Positions 61,699 through 64,000 of a DNA stretch of 64,000 nucleotides are shown in pieces. Source of the stretch: an uncultured Actinomycetes bacterium (GTDB taxonomy: Bacteria; Actinomycetota; Actinomycetes; Streptosporangiales; Streptosporangiaceae); assembly GCA_963851025.1 (NCBI GenBank), contig CAWKOA010000031.1, forward strand, positions 19,374 to 83,373, in the 5' to 3' direction. The notes under the pieces were generated by a model, which saw only the letters and a program-made list of their open reading frames with translations, had not been told where the DNA came from and ran no database searches. Each line of letters begins with the position of its first letter. The stretch's first letter is position 1. A program made the position numbers and the translations under genes.

Positions 61699-62148
61699 TC
61701 AGACATCGGCTGTCACCTCCCGCCCGGCCACGGCGCTCTGGAGGTCCGCGAGGATGACCCGGGCGCGATCGGTGCCACACCGCATACTGGTCTTGATGGC
61801 CCGCAGGCTCGGAAGCTCGCCACGGCTGATCTCTTCCGCGAAGATCCGCTCCGGTGATGTCTGCTTGCGCCCGGAGGCACGCCCCCGAGCACGGCCGGAT
61901 GCCACTGTCCTGGGCACGGTCACGGGCGTGGGGGGTACACCAGGCACGGCCACGGGCGCAATTTCGGGCACGTCCCCGGGTCCGGCACTGGGCATGGTCG
62001 CAGGCTCGACCTCGGGCACGGTGGCCGCCACTGTCTGGCCGGCTGCCGGTGCTGGCCCCGGCCGCCGTGCCCGCCGCGGCGGCTGGGCCGGCCTCCGGCC
62101 AGGCGCTCGGGCCGGCCGCTGGCCCGGAGCTGGCCGGCCGCCGGTCAT
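61699..62148 (-). CDS. Pro/Arg-rich protein with a C-terminal HTH-like segment
   Basis: C-terminal ERIFAEEISRGELPSLRAIKTSMRCGTDRARVILADLQSA resembles DNA-binding tails seen in actinomycete integrative-element and phage proteins. The ATG overlaps the upstream stop (ATGA). Confidence 0.45.
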   Translation of the reverse strand: MTGGRPAPGQRPARAPGRRPAQPPRRARRPGPAPAAGQTVAATVPEVEPATMPSAGPGDVPEIAPVAVPGVPPTPVTVPRTVASGRARGRASGRKQTSPERIFAEEISRGELPSLRAIKTSMRCGTDRARVILADLQSAVAGREVTADV

Positions 62149-63005
62149 AGGCCCCGGCTGACCCGGCGGGCGGCCTCGGCCTGCCCGCCGGGTCCCGGGT
62201 GGGCCGTCTCGATCCACCAGGTGGCGCCGGCCGCGGTGTAGGCCGGCGCCACCAGTTCCACGTCTCCGGGCTCCTGCTCCAGCTCGGCCCACACCACCAG
62301 GTCGAAGCCCTCCGGGGTGCCGCGGCAGGACCAGGCCTGGTCCCGGACCGCGGCGATGTCCGCCGGGGTGGGCCCGGCCAGCGACATGCTGCCGTCGGGA
62401 CGCGCCGAGCCGCGCAGCGGGACCATGCCGTCCCAGCGGCAGGCCCGCCGGACCGGGCCGGCCGCGGGCAGCACCCCGCCGACCCAGACCGGGATGCGGG
62501 GCTGCTGCACCGGCACCGGGCTGAACCGGACCGGGTCCAGCGTGAAGTGCGTGCCCTGGTAGGAGAACCATTCCCCGGTCCACAGCCCGGCCAGCACCTC
62601 CAGGCCCTCGTCCAGCAGCGCGGCGCGCTCCCGGTTGCCCGTGGGCTCATGGAAGATCCCGAAGTCGGCGTGGGGCGGCGAGCCGAGGCCGACGCCCAGG
62701 ATGACCCGGCCGCCGCTGAGCCGGTCCAGGGTGACGGTCTCCTTGGCCAGCTGCCAGGGGCGCCTGCGCGGCACCGGCGTGATCATCGTGCCGAGGCGGA
62801 TCCGCGAGGTCTGGGTGGCCACGACGGCCAGGATCTGCCAGGGGTCCAGGATCGGCGGCCCCTGACCGGTGTCCGTGAACACGAGGTGATCCCAGAGGAA
62901 GAAGCCGTCGAACCCGGCCTCTTCCGCAGCCACCCCGAGGCCGATCACGCCGGCCGGATCATCGGTGAAGGGCGGGACGGCCAGCGCCCGGCGCAGCGTG
63001 CTCAC
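62145..63005 (-). CDS. LLM-class (luciferase-like) F420-dependent oxidoreductase
   Basis: FDGFFLWDHL...RIRLGTMITPVPRRRPWQLAKETVTLDRLSGGRVILGVGLG...YQGTHFTLDPV. Confidence 0.85.
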   Translation of the reverse strand: MSTLRRALAVPPFTDDPAGVIGLGVAAEEAGFDGFFLWDHLVFTDTGQGPPILDPWQILAVVATQTSRIRLGTMITPVPRRRPWQLAKETVTLDRLSGGRVILGVGLGSPPHADFGIFHEPTGNRERAALLDEGLEVLAGLWTGEWFSYQGTHFTLDPVRFSPVPVQQPRIPVWVGGVLPAAGPVRRACRWDGMVPLRGSARPDGSMSLAGPTPADIAAVRDQAWSCRGTPEGFDLVVWAELEQEPGDVELVAPAYTAAGATWWIETAHPGPGGQAEAARRVSRGL

Positions 63006-63014
63006 GGGCCGGCC

Positions 63015-63809
63015 TCAGTAGATCCGCGAGACGGGCGACGTCCCGTCCGACCCGGCCAGCATGCGCTTCAGCTGGGCCGGGCCGCCCGCCCGGACAGCCA
63101 GGTGCTGGGCGGCCAGGCCGCGCTGGGCCGCGGCGTCCCCGCCCCAGGCGCGGATACAGGCCTCCGGGGCCAGGTTGGCCAGGGCCAGCAGCGCACCGGC
63201 CGCCCCCATCGGCCCGGCCAGGGCCAGCAGGGCGGATGAGCCCACGTAGGTGCGGCCGGGATAGCTGGCCAGCTCGTCCAGCAGCCGGTCCGGGCTGCCG
63301 GAGGAGTCCTTGATGCCGTTCACCGGCAGTGCGGCCAGGCGGTCCACCGGGATGTCCGCGCAGGCGATGAAGGGGTTGTGGTAGGCGAGCACCGGCCGGC
63401 CGCCCGCGGCCTCGCCGACCGCCGCGAAGTACCCGTCCAGGTCCGCGCAGCGGGGCGGGCACCAGGCGAGCACCGCGTCGGCCCCGGCGCTCACCGCCGC
63501 CCGGGTCAGCGCGGACGCCTGGCGCAGGGACGGGGCGCCCGTCCCCGCGATCACCGGCACCGCGGCCGGGAGCGCGGCCCGCACGGCCTCGATCAGCGCG
63601 GTGCGCTCCGCGCCGGTCAGGGTGCCGGCCTCGCCGGTGGTGCCGTTGACCAGGATCGCCCCGATGCCCTGGCCGGCCAGGCTGGCCGCGAGCTTGCCGG
63701 TCGAGGCCGGGTCGATCTCGCCGTCCGCGCCGAACAGGGTGACCAGCGCCACGCCGACGCCGCTGAACAGGATCGCTGGATTCGGTTCCGCCACGTTCGG
63801 TGCCGCCAT
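63015..63809 (-). CDS. Dihydrodipicolinate synthase / N-acetylneuraminate lyase family protein
   Basis: ILVNGTTGEAGTLT (GTTGE motif), VIAGTG, NGIKDSSG (Schiff-base Lys context). Confidence 0.85.
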   Translation of the reverse strand: MAAPNVAEPNPAILFSGVGVALVTLFGADGEIDPASTGKLAASLAGQGIGAILVNGTTGEAGTLTGAERTALIEAVRAALPAAVPVIAGTGAPSLRQASALTRAAVSAGADAVLAWCPPRCADLDGYFAAVGEAAGGRPVLAYHNPFIACADIPVDRLAALPVNGIKDSSGSPDRLLDELASYPGRTYVGSSALLALAGPMGAAGALLALANLAPEACIRAWGGDAAAQRGLAAQHLAVRAGGPAQLKRMLAGSDGTSPVSRIY

Positions 63810-64000
63810 CGTCGCCTCGTTCCGGGCTTTCAGCGCACTGGTAAGTCAAGGCTACGTGGCGTCCCCCGTCCCGGCGAGAGCCGCGGCGGCCGGTCTACGG
63901 TGGTGGGCAACGGCCGCCGGCGCAGCGCTGGCGGCCCAGGCTGCGGCGCCGCAGACGGCGCCGGGGACGACGGGGAGCAGGTACATGCCAGAGTCTGGTC

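Larger units (their letters stand above)
57114..61700 (+). mobile_element. Small integrated element (degenerate prophage/IME remnant) carrying a large serine recombinase; the left junction is supported, the right end is not defined
   Basis: The host MFS gene breaks at about 57114. The recombinase gene starts 65 nt later. GC is visibly lower than the flanks, lowest at about 59.7-61.5 kb. The cargo is unknown small or membrane proteins. High GC resumes near 61.7 kb. Confidence 0.5.

Noticed and set aside
62145-63809. LLM oxidoreductase and DapA-family genes as cargo of the serine-recombinase element
   Set aside because: GC content and codon style match the host flanks, and both are ordinary metabolic families. 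This is kept only as a caveat in the finding on 61699..62148 because the element's right end is unproven.

Overview
High-GC (roughly 70%) actinobacterial chromosome segment with about 70 genes.

**Hydrogenase locus (1-10.4 kb).** This is a group 1h/5 (Hhy-type, high-affinity) [NiFe]-hydrogenase locus. hhyL and hhyS lie on the minus strand. A divergent maturation operon carries two SIS-domain proteins, a HupF/HypC-like protein, the endopeptidase and hypC-D-E-A-B. hypF is displaced about 21 kb away (31.7-34.1 kb).

**Rest of the window.** It is a mosaic of:
- regulators and exporters: three anti-sigma-like HATPase/XRE/DUF397-type modules, five TetR genes, GntR, PadR, two two-component systems and three ABC systems;
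- housekeeping genes proS and pyrF;
- a BVMO-esterase operon;
- a neutral-lipid block (patatin, WS/DGAT, FadD, hydrolase);
- a small lower-GC integrated element at about 57.1-61.7 kb, carrying a large serine recombinase that has truncated an MFS gene.

**Best candidates for an undescribed system.**
1. An operon at 12.4-15.8 kb encodes two zinc-ribbon membrane proteins and a soluble T4CP-like (VirD4/TraD/TrwB-type) P-loop ATPase. No conjugation or mobility genes lie nearby.
2. An XRE regulator is paired with a ClpP-fold protein in which all three catalytic-triad positions appear substituted (45.8-47.1 kb).
3. The unknown membrane-protein cargo of the serine-recombinase element.

**Caveat.** At least 14 genes show frame disruptions, several mapped to G/C runs such as CCCGGG. 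The assembly is therefore either indel-rich or the strain carries many pseudogenes. All coordinates of disrupted genes are reconstructions made by eye from the six-frame track. No rRNA, tRNA or CRISPR array was seen.
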